The position numbers and the translations under genes were made by a program. Source: Thermoplasmata archaeon (lineage in GTDB: Archaea > Thermoplasmatota > Thermoplasmata > Lutacidiplasmatales > UBA184). From it: a DNA stretch of 35,913 nucleotides. Below are positions 16,642 to 25,380 of the stretch, piece by piece (position 1 is the stretch's first letter; the number at the start of each line of letters is the position of its first letter). Location: the NCBI GenBank assembly GCA_028864975.1, contig JAGWLG010000037.1:1-35913 (forward strand), written 5' to 3'. The notes below the pieces were generated by a model that did no database searches, was not told the origin of the DNA, and worked only from the letters and a program-made list of their open reading frames with translations.

Positions 16642-17136
16642 TCAGGGGTGGTAAGACAAGACTTCCCGCCTCGCCCACTCCACCAAATCTGCGGTGAGAT
16701 ATAGGGTCGACTTGGAGTGCAGGTCGCTGATCTGGCCCAGTGCGTCGCCCCGATCCACCACCCCTTCTCGGAACGACCTCACAACCAAGGCCAACGTCCC
16801 GTGCGGCTCCAGCTCGAATTGCATCGCAACCTCACGGGCTTCCAGGTCATCGGTGAAGAGGAGGCGGATGCCTTCCTGCTTCGCGAGAGCGATCGCCGAA
16901 GCCTCGCCCAGTCCGAGACCGTACCTTTGGACGAGAAGCTCGGCGAGGTTCTTGCCTCTACCCTCCAGGGGCACCGTGGTGCAGATCGAGGGCCCTGCAC
17001 CATGGGGGCGGACCTCGCGGCAGACTTCTTCCGTTACCTTGGGTTCGCGGATGACGGTCAGTACACGGAGTGCCTCGATCTGCTCCAAATGTATTATAGG
17101 ACCGGCGTCGAGAACGGCGACCTTAATCCTTGCCAC
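16642..17136 (-). CDS. PIN-domain (VapC/DUF3368-like) toxin
   Basis: VAVLDAGPIIHL, LGLGEASAIALA, LLFTDDLEAR, GTL; start set at GTG 17136 overlapping the antitoxin stop. Confidence 0.85.
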   Translation of the reverse strand: MARIKVAVLDAGPIIHLEQIEALRVLTVIREPKVTEEVCREVRPHGAGPSICTTVPLEGRGKNLAELLVQRYGLGLGEASAIALAKQEGIRLLFTDDLEAREVAMQFELEPHGTLALVVRSFREGVVDRGDALGQISDLHSKSTLYLTADLVEWARREVLSYHP

Positions 17137-17317
17137 GGAGACCCCACCGCACATCCTCCTTGAAGGCGGACTCGAGTCGCTGGGACCGGGCTCGACGGAT
17201 CGCCTCCCGAACCGCGTCCCGGATCAGTTCGGATCGGTTCGCGTACCATCCCTCTCGAATGAGCTCGTCCATTTCCTCGATGAGCTTGGGCGTGAGCTTC
17301 GCTGGGATCGCGTCCAT
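17123..17317 (-). CDS. Ribbon-helix-helix (CopG/Arc/MetJ) antitoxin/regulator
   Basis: IPAKLTPKLIEEMDELIREGWYANRSELIRDAVR; GTTATTCA box and GTAC-N4-GTAC upstream. Confidence 0.88.
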   Translation of the reverse strand: MDAIPAKLTPKLIEEMDELIREGWYANRSELIRDAVREAIRRARSQRLESAFKEDVRWGLRGKD

Positions 17318-17568
17318 GGCAATCGTGGTACCCCAGTACTACGCTCTGAATAACCCTTGCTCGGAGCCGCGCCACCGGTGTGAGCTCATTGGGCGCCCCT
17401 CCTGGACCCACGGTGCGAATCCGCCCGCGAGACGCGGCTGAAGCTTGGCGGGACATTCACCCGCACCGGGTTTGCGACTCCGACCCCCGTTCCGTCGTGC
17501 CTCGACCTACCAGGCTTGGACCATCGGCCCGAGCCAACAAGGCGGTCTCGGACCGCCGCCAAGACTGC

Positions 17569-18600
17569 CTACGTGGGAACGGGGGTCATGAGTTCTCCAC
17601 GGGCTCCGGTCTCGATGGTGCTCCCGGTCGCGCGGGTCGTCGCCGGACAATAGGCTCTGGCCAGATAGGCGGACACGTCCGCGATCTCGATCTCTGCGGG
17701 CGCGGCTCTCCGCAGGTTCGCGAGGCACAGAGGGCAGAGCGTTACGACGCGTTGGGAGGCCTTCGCGAGCTGGTCCACGCGCTGTGCGGCGACCTCGCGA
17801 GACTTCCCCGGGAAGAGCATCTCGATGGGACCGCCGCAGCACTGTGTGGCTTTGGCCGATCTTTCCACTTCGTGGATAGTCACCCCGCCTCTCCGCAGGA
17901 GGTCCCGCGGCTGCTCGATGACCCCCTCCCTCCGGGCGTAGATGCACGAGTCGTGGATGGTCACGCTCTCGGAGAGCCGCTTCACAGGCTCGGGTCGAGC
18001 TTCCTCCAGGACCTCGAGGTAGGTCCGGACCTTGAGGTCGAACCCCTCGAGGATCTTCGGGTAGACCGTTCGTAACATGTCCGTGGTGTGAGGGTCGATG
18101 GTGATGACCTCGCGGACCCCATGCTCCCGCAGGAGGGTCTGGACCCGCTGGGCATGGGCCTTGAGCGCGTCATCGAGACCCTCGTCATGGGCCAAGGCCC
18201 CCGCGTACAGGTCGTCCTCGTAGAGGTAACCGAACTCCACATGGGCGGCGCGGAGGAGCGCCACGATGTTCCTGAGGTACCCGGAATACTCGCGCGCCTC
18301 CCGCGGGTCGCCACGGGCCATGAGGCCCGCGAGATTGAAGAGGCGGTTCATGCTCCGAGCGAGGCCGAAGTAGCTCGACATCCACGAGCCTTCCATCTTC
18401 GACAGGCGCTCGGTCATCGCGTTGATGGCCGGGACCATCTGGTACATCTGACCGGTGTAGAGCACGGTCGCCCCGCCGCGGGGGAGGTCGAGGCCCTTCG
18501 TCCACGAGAGCAGCCTCCGACGCGAAAGGGGGAGGACGCTCTTGCGCTTGCGCAGGTTGTCGCTGAGCATGCCCAGCGTGTGCTTGATCGGGGTCGGCAT
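17569..18600 (-). CDS. HdrB/HdrD-like (Fe-S)-binding CCG-domain protein, one intact CCG domain
   Basis: C-X34-CCGG-..-CPLC in the C-terminal half; N-terminal half has no Cys (LYAG and DPHT at the equivalent sites). Confidence 0.8.
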   Translation of the reverse strand: MPTPIKHTLGMLSDNLRKRKSVLPLSRRRLLSWTKGLDLPRGGATVLYTGQMYQMVPAINAMTERLSKMEGSWMSSYFGLARSMNRLFNLAGLMARGDPREAREYSGYLRNIVALLRAAHVEFGYLYEDDLYAGALAHDEGLDDALKAHAQRVQTLLREHGVREVITIDPHTTDMLRTVYPKILEGFDLKVRTYLEVLEEARPEPVKRLSESVTIHDSCIYARREGVIEQPRDLLRRGGVTIHEVERSAKATQCCGGPIEMLFPGKSREVAAQRVDQLAKASQRVVTLCPLCLANLRRAAPAEIEIADVSAYLARAYCPATTRATGSTIETGARGELMTPVPT

Positions 18601-18603
18601 GTT

Positions 18604-18918
18604 TCATCCCTCCACCGGGGCGAGCTGCATCTCCTCGCGGGCGAGGAGGACCCGGAGCGCGCGAACGTTCTCCGTGATGTGGACCCCCGCAGGACAGTTC
18701 TCCTCGCACATCTTGCAAAGGAGACAGGAGTAGATCGTGTCGGTCTCTTCCAGGACCTTCTCTTCGGCCCCCAGCAGGACGTATCGGAAGAGCTTCCGAG
18801 GAAGGAGGTGGATCCCTATCGGGCAGAGCGCCGTGCACTGGCCGCAGTTGAGGCACGCCTCGGCGTTGAACGGGGTGCCCTTGGAAACGCGCTCGGCGAA
18901 GCTCGGGTCGACCTTCAT
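18604..18918 (-). CDS. HdrC-like 2x[4Fe-4S] protein
   Basis: CLNCGQCTALCP and CLLCKMCEENCP; PRKLFRYVLLG. Confidence 0.85.
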   Translation of the reverse strand: MKVDPSFAERVSKGTPFNAEACLNCGQCTALCPIGIHLLPRKLFRYVLLGAEEKVLEETDTIYSCLLCKMCEENCPAGVHITENVRALRVLLAREEMQLAPVEG

Positions 18919-19163
18919 GCTCCCTCCACACGGCGGTAGCGAGTGTACTCTTCCTCGGCACCCTTCGGGAGGTCGGCGACCTTTCCGTACCTCCGGAGCA
19001 TCATCACCCAGAGCGCGACCTCCCTCGTCGGCGCGTGGAGCACCTCGGCGATCTCGGGAATGGTCTTCGGCCCCTCCGCGAGCGACGCCAGGAGCTCGCG
19101 CTGCAGCGACATCCCGTCCCGCAGCACCTCGCTCAGGTCGCGCAACGGTGCCACCGCCGCCAT
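18915..19163 (-). CDS. Small winged-helix protein within the hdr-like operon
   Basis: LLASLAEGPKTIPEIAEVL..LRRYGKV wHTH pattern; 4-nt overlap with the hdrC-like gene. Confidence 0.7.
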   Translation of the reverse strand: MAAVAPLRDLSEVLRDGMSLQRELLASLAEGPKTIPEIAEVLHAPTREVALWVMMLRRYGKVADLPKGAEEEYTRYRRVEGA

Positions 19164-19167
19164 CTTC

Positions 19168-20913
19168 CTACTCCTCCTCCGAGGCGAGCGCCTCGATCAT
19201 GGAACGCATCTGATCGTGGGTGTACCCTTCGACCTCGATCGCCTGGAGCGGGCAGACCGGGACGCAGGCCCCCTCTCCCTTGCAGAGCACCGGGACGACC
19301 TTGGCCACCCGCTTGTCCCCTTCGGCGACCTCCTCGATCGCCCCATAGGGACAAGCCTGGGCGCAGAGGCCGCACCACGTGCAAGCGCTCGTGTCGATCT
19401 TCGCGACCAGGGGATCCAGGTCGACGTAGCCCTTCAGCAGGATGCCCGCCGTCTTTGATACAGCGGCGAGGGCGCTCGCGACGCTCTCGGCCGTGTTCTT
19501 GGGCCCCTGCGCGGTCCCCGCCAGGAAGACCCCGTCGACGACCGTCTCGACAGGGCGAAGCTTCTGGTGGATCTCGTTGTAGAACCCTTCCTTCCCCACC
19601 GGCAACTTCAGGACGTCCGTCAGGACGGTGTTCTCCCGCGGGACCATCCCCGTGACGAGGACCACCAGGTCGGTCGGGATCTCGACCCCTTCTCCCCCCG
19701 TGAGCTGGTCCGCGACCTTGACGAGGAGGCCACCGCCCTCTCGCGTCACCGTTGGCGGCGAGTCGTCCTTGTAGCGCAGGAACAACGAACCGCTCTTGAG
19801 CGCCCGCTCGTAGAGCGACTCGTACTTTCCGTAGGTCCGGATATCGCGGAAGAGGTGGTACTGTCGGACGTGGGGGTCTCGTCCCGCAGCGCGGATCGCC
19901 GCGTACGAGGTGGCGCTGCAGCAGTAGCGGGAGCAGTAGGTGTGACCCTCGGGATTGCGAGAGCCCACGCAGTAGACGTACGTGATCGTCCGGACCGGCC
20001 GGCCGTGGAACTCGATGGGCCGGCTGCCATCTCCGAGCAGCTCCTCGAACTCGGGGAGGGTGAGGACCCCGTCCTCTCCGTACCCGAACTCCCCCTTGGG
20101 AGGGGTGTACGGCTCGAATCCTGTGGCGACGACGATGGCGCCGACCTTCAAGGTGACCTTCTCCCCGTTGCTCGTACGGACCTTGACGGTGAAGTCGCCG
20201 ATGTGACCCTCCTTTTCGACGACCTCGGCGCGGGTGTAAAGGACGATGTTGTCCCTTCGTCCCAGCTCGGAGAGCAGGGAGTCCACGATCGCGCGGCCGC
20301 TCTTGTCGTTGGGGAAGAGCCGGGCCCAGCGCGTCAGCTGGCCCCCTGGCTTCTCCGCCCTTTCGACGAGGTGGACCGAGATCCCAAGGTCGGAGAGCGC
20401 AAGCGCGGAACGGAGGCCGGAGACCCCGGCCCCGACCACCAAGGCGCTCGGGGCGGTGTCGGTCCGGATGGGCTCAAGGGGACGCGACCGGACGGTGCGC
20501 GCGATCGCCGCCCGGGTGATCGCGACGGCCTTGTCCGTCGTCCCCTGGCGATCATGGGTATGGGCCCAGGAGTCCTGCTCCCGGACGTTCGCCTGGGTGT
20601 ACTCGTACGGGTTGAGGCCGCCCCGTCGAGCGGCGCCCCGGAACGTCATCGTGTGGAGCTTCGGAGAGCAGGAGGCGACGACCAGCCCGTCGAGCTTCTT
20701 CTCTTGGATGGCCCGGACGATGCACTGCTGCCCCGCGTCGGAGCAGGCGAACATCTGGACCTCGATGTGCGCGACCCCCGGGTCCTTCTCGAGGGTGGCC
20801 CGGGCCTTCTCGGTGTCCACGTAGTCGGAGATGTTCCCTCCGCACTGGCAGAGGAAGACGCCGACGCGACGTTCCTTGGGGGCCGGGACCTCCTGGGACG
20901 GGTCCTCGCTCAT
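19168..20913 (-). CDS. hdrA: HdrA-like flavoprotein (581 aa) with N-terminal GVFLCQCG domain and C-terminal ferredoxin
   Basis: GVFLCQCGGNI, CSPKLH, NVREQ, VVGAGVSG, CVGSR..CSRYCC, CTWCGLCAQACP; real start ATG 20913 overlaps the upstream TGA. Confidence 0.88.
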   Translation of the reverse strand: MSEDPSQEVPAPKERRVGVFLCQCGGNISDYVDTEKARATLEKDPGVAHIEVQMFACSDAGQQCIVRAIQEKKLDGLVVASCSPKLHTMTFRGAARRGGLNPYEYTQANVREQDSWAHTHDRQGTTDKAVAITRAAIARTVRSRPLEPIRTDTAPSALVVGAGVSGLRSALALSDLGISVHLVERAEKPGGQLTRWARLFPNDKSGRAIVDSLLSELGRRDNIVLYTRAEVVEKEGHIGDFTVKVRTSNGEKVTLKVGAIVVATGFEPYTPPKGEFGYGEDGVLTLPEFEELLGDGSRPIEFHGRPVRTITYVYCVGSRNPEGHTYCSRYCCSATSYAAIRAAGRDPHVRQYHLFRDIRTYGKYESLYERALKSGSLFLRYKDDSPPTVTREGGGLLVKVADQLTGGEGVEIPTDLVVLVTGMVPRENTVLTDVLKLPVGKEGFYNEIHQKLRPVETVVDGVFLAGTAQGPKNTAESVASALAAVSKTAGILLKGYVDLDPLVAKIDTSACTWCGLCAQACPYGAIEEVAEGDKRVAKVVPVLCKGEGACVPVCPLQAIEVEGYTHDQMRSMIEALASEEE

Positions 20914-23624
20914 GCCTCGGCCCTCCTCTTGAGATAGGCCGCGATCTGGGCGCTCGCGGCGCCCGAGTGCAGCACGGTATCGGGGATGTCGCGGACCGCG
21001 GAAGCCGCGCCGACGGCGAACACCCCGTCGATGTTCGTTCGGCCCGGGTCGAGCTCCTCGTCCATCTCTCGGACGTAGTTCAGGGAGTCGCGTTCCAGCC
21101 TCTCGCCTTGGAAGAGCCGGTCCGGGAGCTGATGGGGGAGGAGCCCCACAGCGAGGACGACCAGATCGTGTCGGGCCTTGGTCACCCCCCCGTTCCCCTC
21201 GAAGTCCTCGTAGTGGACCTCCAGGTCCTGATGGTCGACCTCCTCGACCCGTGCGACCTTCCCCCGGACGAAGCGGACCCCCATCTCCTGGGCCTGCTGG
21301 AAGAACTCTTCGTACCCCTTCCCGAAGGCGCGGATGTCCGTGTAGTAGATCGTGATGTCCGCTGTCGGGAGCGCCCCCATCAGGAGCGTCGCCTGCTTCA
21401 CCGAGTACATGCAGCAGACCCGCGAGCAGGCCCGGTTGCCCACCTGCTCGTCGCGCGAGCCGGTGCAAAGGACGAACCCGATGTTCGAGGGAGACTTCCC
21501 ATCTGAAGGGCGGAGGACCGCGTTGTAGGGACGCGTCGGGGCGAGGATCCGGTCCATCTGGACCCCGGTGATGACGTTCGGGAACTTGCCGAACCCCAGG
21601 AGCGGTTTCTTCTGGGCGTCGAAGACGTCGAACCCCGTGGCCAGGGCGATGGCCCCGACCTTGTAGGTCTCCATCTGCGTTGCCATGTGGAGGTCGATCG
21701 CGTCCGCGGGGCAGGCCGCGATGCACTCCCGGCATTCCGAGCATCCGCCGCAGTCCAGGCATCGGGTCGCACCGTACCGAGCCTCCTCTTCGGTCATCGC
21801 CCGCTCGAAGGGGGCGAACGCGCGGATCCGCTCCGCGACGGGGGCCCTTTCCACCTCCCTGGGCGGGCGGGACGAGGCCTGCGCCACCACCGCCGCTTTG
21901 TCCGCGACCGGCATCCGGACGTCGAACTGGATCCCTTGGAGCGGCGTCCCCCTCAGGAATCGGTCGATGTAGAACGCGGCGCGCTTCCCTTGACCGATGG
22001 ACCGCACGATGTTCGCAGGTCCCATCACGGCGTCCCCCGCCGAAAAGGTCCGCGGATCGGACGTCTGGAGGGTCTCGGGATCGGCCTTGACGCTCCCGCC
22101 CCGGTTCAGCTCCAGCTCCTTCGCGAAAGGTGAGGTCTGGGGACGGAGCCCGATCGCCAGGAGGATTACTTCCGCCCCAACACGCTCGCTGACCGTTCGG
22201 TCGAAGGTGGGATTGAACCTCTTCTGCGCGTCGAAGACGGAACTGCACCGGACCATCTCAAGTCCTGTCGCACGCCCTTCGGCTCCGGTCTCGACCTTCC
22301 CCACGCCCCACGAGGGGTGGATCGAGATGCCCTCCTCCTCGGCCTCCTGCACTTCCCAGCGGTGCGCGGGCATCTCCAGGCGGGACTCCAGGCAATAGAG
22401 GTCGACCTTCGCGGCCCCGAGGCGCAGGGCGCTGCGAGAGGAGTCCATCGCGACGTTGCCGCCTCCGATGACCACGACCTTCTTCCCGCGTAGGTCCATG
22501 GGTCTTCCCGCGCGGACACCCCCCAGGAACTCGACGGCATCCACGACCCCGGGGGCCTCCTCTCCCGGCGCCCCGAGCTTGCGTCCCCCCGTGCTACCCA
22601 CCGCGAGCAGCACGGCATCGTACCCGTGGAGCTCCTGCAGCGACCGGACCGCGGTGGACGTCCGGATCTCGACCCCGAGCGCGGTGACGTTCATCACGTC
22701 CCTCGCGAGCACCTCTCGGGGAAGTCGGTAGGCGGGGATCCCCCATCGCATGATGCCCCCCGGTTCCGGGGCCGCTTCGAAGATCGTGACCGAGTGCCCC
22801 TCTCGTCCGAGGTAGAAGGCGGCGGTGAGACCACTCGGGCCCGACCCTACGATGGCCACCTGCTTGCCTGTCCTCTCCTTCGGGGGTCCGTATTCGGGCT
22901 CCGGATGGGCGGCATAGTACCGATCGGCCATGAACCGCTTGATCCCTCGGATCGTGACCGTTCCGTCGACCTCGGCCCGGGTGCAGGCCTCTTCGCAGGG
23001 CGCGTAGCATGCGCGGCTCAGGACCCCGACCAGGGGTGCGTCCTCCAGATGCTGGCGGAAGGCCTCGTCGTACTTCCCCGCGCGAACGAGGGAGATGTAC
23101 CCGTGGGGCTTCACGCCCGCCGGACATTCGTGGGAGCAGGGGGAGAGCCCCTTGCGCGTGATGACCGCCTTCTTCGGTACGGCCTGAGGGAACGCGATGT
23201 GGGCCGCCTTCCGGGCCGCCAGGTCCGCGTTGAACTCGTCGGGGAGGGCGACGGTGCAGGCGGTCTCGCAGAGGCTGCACCCGGTGCACTTGGCGAAGTC
23301 CACGTAGGTGGGTTTCCGTCGGACGACGACCTCGAACCCGCCCTCCGGTCGCCGGGAGATACGCTCGACCTCGCTGTAGACGAGCGTCCGGACGTTCGGA
23401 TGGTTCTGCGTGCCGGCCATCTTGGGGGTCGAGATGCAGCTCGCGCAGTCGAGCGTCGGGAAGACCTTCGACAGGAGGATCATCTTCCCCCCCACGCTCG
23501 GCTCCTTCTCGACGAGCAGGACATGGAATCCCATGTCGCCCAGCGAGAGGGAGGACTCCATCCCGCCGATCCCGCCCCCGATCACCAGGACGTCGAAATC
23601 GCTCCCCCTTCCCCCTTCGGTCAT
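20910..23624 (-). CDS. Large HdrA-like protein with inserted GltD/NfnB-like NAD(P)H-FAD module (HdrL-type)
   Basis: GGGIGG, FPTLDCASC, CTGCSLCETAC; insert CSHECP..RACYAPCEEAC, GSGPSG, GGGNVAMD; return to CLDCGGCSECRECIAACP, CTGSRD, CSRVCC. Confidence 0.88.
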   Translation of the reverse strand: MTEGGRGSDFDVLVIGGGIGGMESSLSLGDMGFHVLLVEKEPSVGGKMILLSKVFPTLDCASCISTPKMAGTQNHPNVRTLVYSEVERISRRPEGGFEVVVRRKPTYVDFAKCTGCSLCETACTVALPDEFNADLAARKAAHIAFPQAVPKKAVITRKGLSPCSHECPAGVKPHGYISLVRAGKYDEAFRQHLEDAPLVGVLSRACYAPCEEACTRAEVDGTVTIRGIKRFMADRYYAAHPEPEYGPPKERTGKQVAIVGSGPSGLTAAFYLGREGHSVTIFEAAPEPGGIMRWGIPAYRLPREVLARDVMNVTALGVEIRTSTAVRSLQELHGYDAVLLAVGSTGGRKLGAPGEEAPGVVDAVEFLGGVRAGRPMDLRGKKVVVIGGGNVAMDSSRSALRLGAAKVDLYCLESRLEMPAHRWEVQEAEEEGISIHPSWGVGKVETGAEGRATGLEMVRCSSVFDAQKRFNPTFDRTVSERVGAEVILLAIGLRPQTSPFAKELELNRGGSVKADPETLQTSDPRTFSAGDAVMGPANIVRSIGQGKRAAFYIDRFLRGTPLQGIQFDVRMPVADKAAVVAQASSRPPREVERAPVAERIRAFAPFERAMTEEEARYGATRCLDCGGCSECRECIAACPADAIDLHMATQMETYKVGAIALATGFDVFDAQKKPLLGFGKFPNVITGVQMDRILAPTRPYNAVLRPSDGKSPSNIGFVLCTGSRDEQVGNRACSRVCCMYSVKQATLLMGALPTADITIYYTDIRAFGKGYEEFFQQAQEMGVRFVRGKVARVEEVDHQDLEVHYEDFEGNGGVTKARHDLVVLAVGLLPHQLPDRLFQGERLERDSLNYVREMDEELDPGRTNIDGVFAVGAASAVRDIPDTVLHSGAASAQIAAYLKRRAEA

Positions 23625-23633
23625 GGCCCCTCC

Positions 23634-24125
23634 TCAGGCTGCGGTCGCGGTGACGCCGTTCGCGACCTTCTCGGTGGGAAGGTCCGCCAGGGGCGGTGTC
23701 CGATGCGCCGCGAGCTTCGAGAGCTCCTCGCCGAACTTCTTCATGTGCGCCGCGAAAGGCTCGGCGCAGACCGAGCAGACCGCAGCCATCTTCAGCCGCG
23801 CGGGGTCATACCCGGCCGCGCGCATCAGCTCCTGCGTGCGCGCGACGATCCGCCCGGTCCTCGCCGAGCAGTCGGAGATCTTCGCACAGTCGCTTCCGTC
23901 GGCGGCGATGAAGACCCCGTCGAACCCCACCTCGAAGGCGTGCAGGACCCAGCGGGGGTCGATGCCGCTCGAGCAGGGCACCGCGAGGACACGTACGTGG
24001 GGCGAGTAGGCGACGTGCGCGCTCCCGGCGAGGTCAATCCCCGAGTCCGAGACGTTGTTCGTCGAGAGGACGAGGATGCGAGGACCCCGACCGGACGGAC
24101 CGCCGCCCGGCGCCGCGGAGGTCAT
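23634..24125 (-). CDS. MvhD/FlpD-family iron-sulfur subunit, variant Cys pattern
   Basis: DLAG..Y..VRV..VPCSSGIDPRWVLHAFEVGFDGVFI matches MvhD; lacks the N-terminal CxxC, has a C-terminal CSVC. Confidence 0.75.
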   Translation of the reverse strand: MTSAAPGGGPSGRGPRILVLSTNNVSDSGIDLAGSAHVAYSPHVRVLAVPCSSGIDPRWVLHAFEVGFDGVFIAADGSDCAKISDCSARTGRIVARTQELMRAAGYDPARLKMAAVCSVCAEPFAAHMKKFGEELSKLAAHRTPPLADLPTEKVANGVTATAA

Positions 24126-24137
24126 GGGTCGGGTCCC

Positions 24138-24392
24138 TCACTTCATCCGGCGGACGTAGATCCGCCAGAAGCCCGCGTCCGCTACGGTTCCGAGGTACTC
24201 GTGGCCGACCTTCCTCGCCCAGAGCGGCACGTCGGTCGTCGTCCCCTCGTCCGAGGAGATGACCTCCATCACCCCGTGCAGGGGCACGCTGGCCATCTGG
24301 CGCTTCGCCTCCAACAGAGGACCGGGGCAGGCCATGCCCCTCGCGTCGACGACCTTGTCCGCTCTCACGTTCTCCAGGACCGTGGCTTGCAT
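24138..24392 (-). CDS. tusA: TusA-family sulfur carrier
   Basis: VDARGMACPGP motif, 84 aa; SD GAGGAGG. Confidence 0.9.
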   Translation of the reverse strand: MQATVLENVRADKVVDARGMACPGPLLEAKRQMASVPLHGVMEVISSDEGTTTDVPLWARKVGHEYLGTVADAGFWRIYVRRMK

Positions 24393-24442
24393 GTTCTTCC
24401 TCCTCCTCTCTTAGGTTCCTTGTGGCGATCGTGTTCCTTCCT

Positions 24443-24772
24443 TCACTCCGCATACGACTGGGAGAGGATGCGACGTATCCTCGCGCAGCAGCCTCCGAGG
24501 GCCGGGTTCGACAGGCGATAACGCACCGCGTGCCCGCTCCGTTCCGCGCGAACGATCCCCTGGTCGCGCATCACCCGCAGGTGCTGGGAGACGTTGGGCA
24601 TGGCGAGGTCGAGCTCTTCGGCGAGCCCTGTGACCGTGGCCGCGCTGTGCGCAAGGAGGTCGACGATCATCAATCGCTTGGGGTGCGCCATCGCCCGGAG
24701 GGCATGGGCCTCCCGTTCGAACATCCAGCTCGAGGCGGGCCGGGGATGCCGCCGCGATCGAACCTGCCTCAT
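24443..24772 (-). CDS. ArsR/SmtB-family transcriptional regulator
   Basis: LRAMAHPKRLMIV, PNVSQHLRVMRDQGIV, vicinal CC in the last helix. Confidence 0.9.
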   Translation of the reverse strand: MRQVRSRRHPRPASSWMFEREAHALRAMAHPKRLMIVDLLAHSAATVTGLAEELDLAMPNVSQHLRVMRDQGIVRAERSGHAVRYRLSNPALGGCCARIRRILSQSYAE

Positions 24773-24789
24773 GGTGCCCCTCCTGCCCC

Positions 24790-25356
24790 CTAGATGAACA
24801 GCGTCATCCGGCTCCGGTCCGCCGCATCGATGAACGAGCCAACGTTCCCGAAGGTGAGCCCATCAATGAGCTCCTCCTTGCGAATGCCCATGAGGTCCAT
24901 CGACATCGTGCACGCGATGAACCGCACGCCCTGCTCCTGGGCGCTCCGAATCAGGTGGGCGAGGTCGTCCACGTGCTTCTTCGCCATCTCCCGCTTGATG
25001 AGCCGGGTGCCGAGGCCACCCATCTTGAGCTTCGAGAGCTGAAGTCCGGCAGGTCCGTTCGGCATCATCGCGCCGAACATGCTCTCCATCGTGGTCTTCT
25101 TCTTCGCGACCTTGATGTGTCCGCCGCGGCGGAGCACGTTCAGTCCCCAGAACGTGAAGAACATGCTCACCGGCAGGTCCATCGCCGCCGCTCCGTTGGC
25201 GATGATGAACGCCGCGAGGACCTTGTCCAGGTCCCCGGAGAAGACGACCATCGAAAGACCTTCGACGTGGGTCGGCTCTTCAGCGGGGAGCGACATCGCT
25301 TCCGCCTTGGCGTGAAGTTCGTGAGAGATCGGCGCAGACATCGTGGCGCTCGTCAT
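24790..25356 (-). CDS. DsrE/DsrF/DrsH-like (DrsE_2-type) sulfur-relay protein
   Basis: VVFSGDLDK..AFIIANGAAAM..FFTFWGLN; IACTMSMDLMG; SD GAGG before ATG 25356. Confidence 0.9.
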   Translation of the reverse strand: MTSATMSAPISHELHAKAEAMSLPAEEPTHVEGLSMVVFSGDLDKVLAAFIIANGAAAMDLPVSMFFTFWGLNVLRRGGHIKVAKKKTTMESMFGAMMPNGPAGLQLSKLKMGGLGTRLIKREMAKKHVDDLAHLIRSAQEQGVRFIACTMSMDLMGIRKEELIDGLTFGNVGSFIDAADRSRMTLFI

Positions 25357-25380
25357 GGTTCCTCTTGTCCTCAGTTTCGC

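Noticed and set aside
17313-17342. TCCATGG...CCCC..TACTAC resembling the tRNA-iMet 3' end (possible older att)
   Set aside because: Too degenerate, and it overlaps the RHH start codon and its operator-like GTAC-N4-GTAC, which explains it more simply
20914-22248. N-terminal 445 codons of the listed 1026-aa HdrA ORF
   Set aside because: Alternative-frame shadow of the HdrL gene; the real start is ATG 20913 coupled to the HdrL stop
17569-23624. Interpretation as methanogenic HdrABC or canonical sHdr
   Set aside because: No mvhAG, mcr, lbpA or second hdrCB pair in the window; the HdrB-like protein has only one CCG domain
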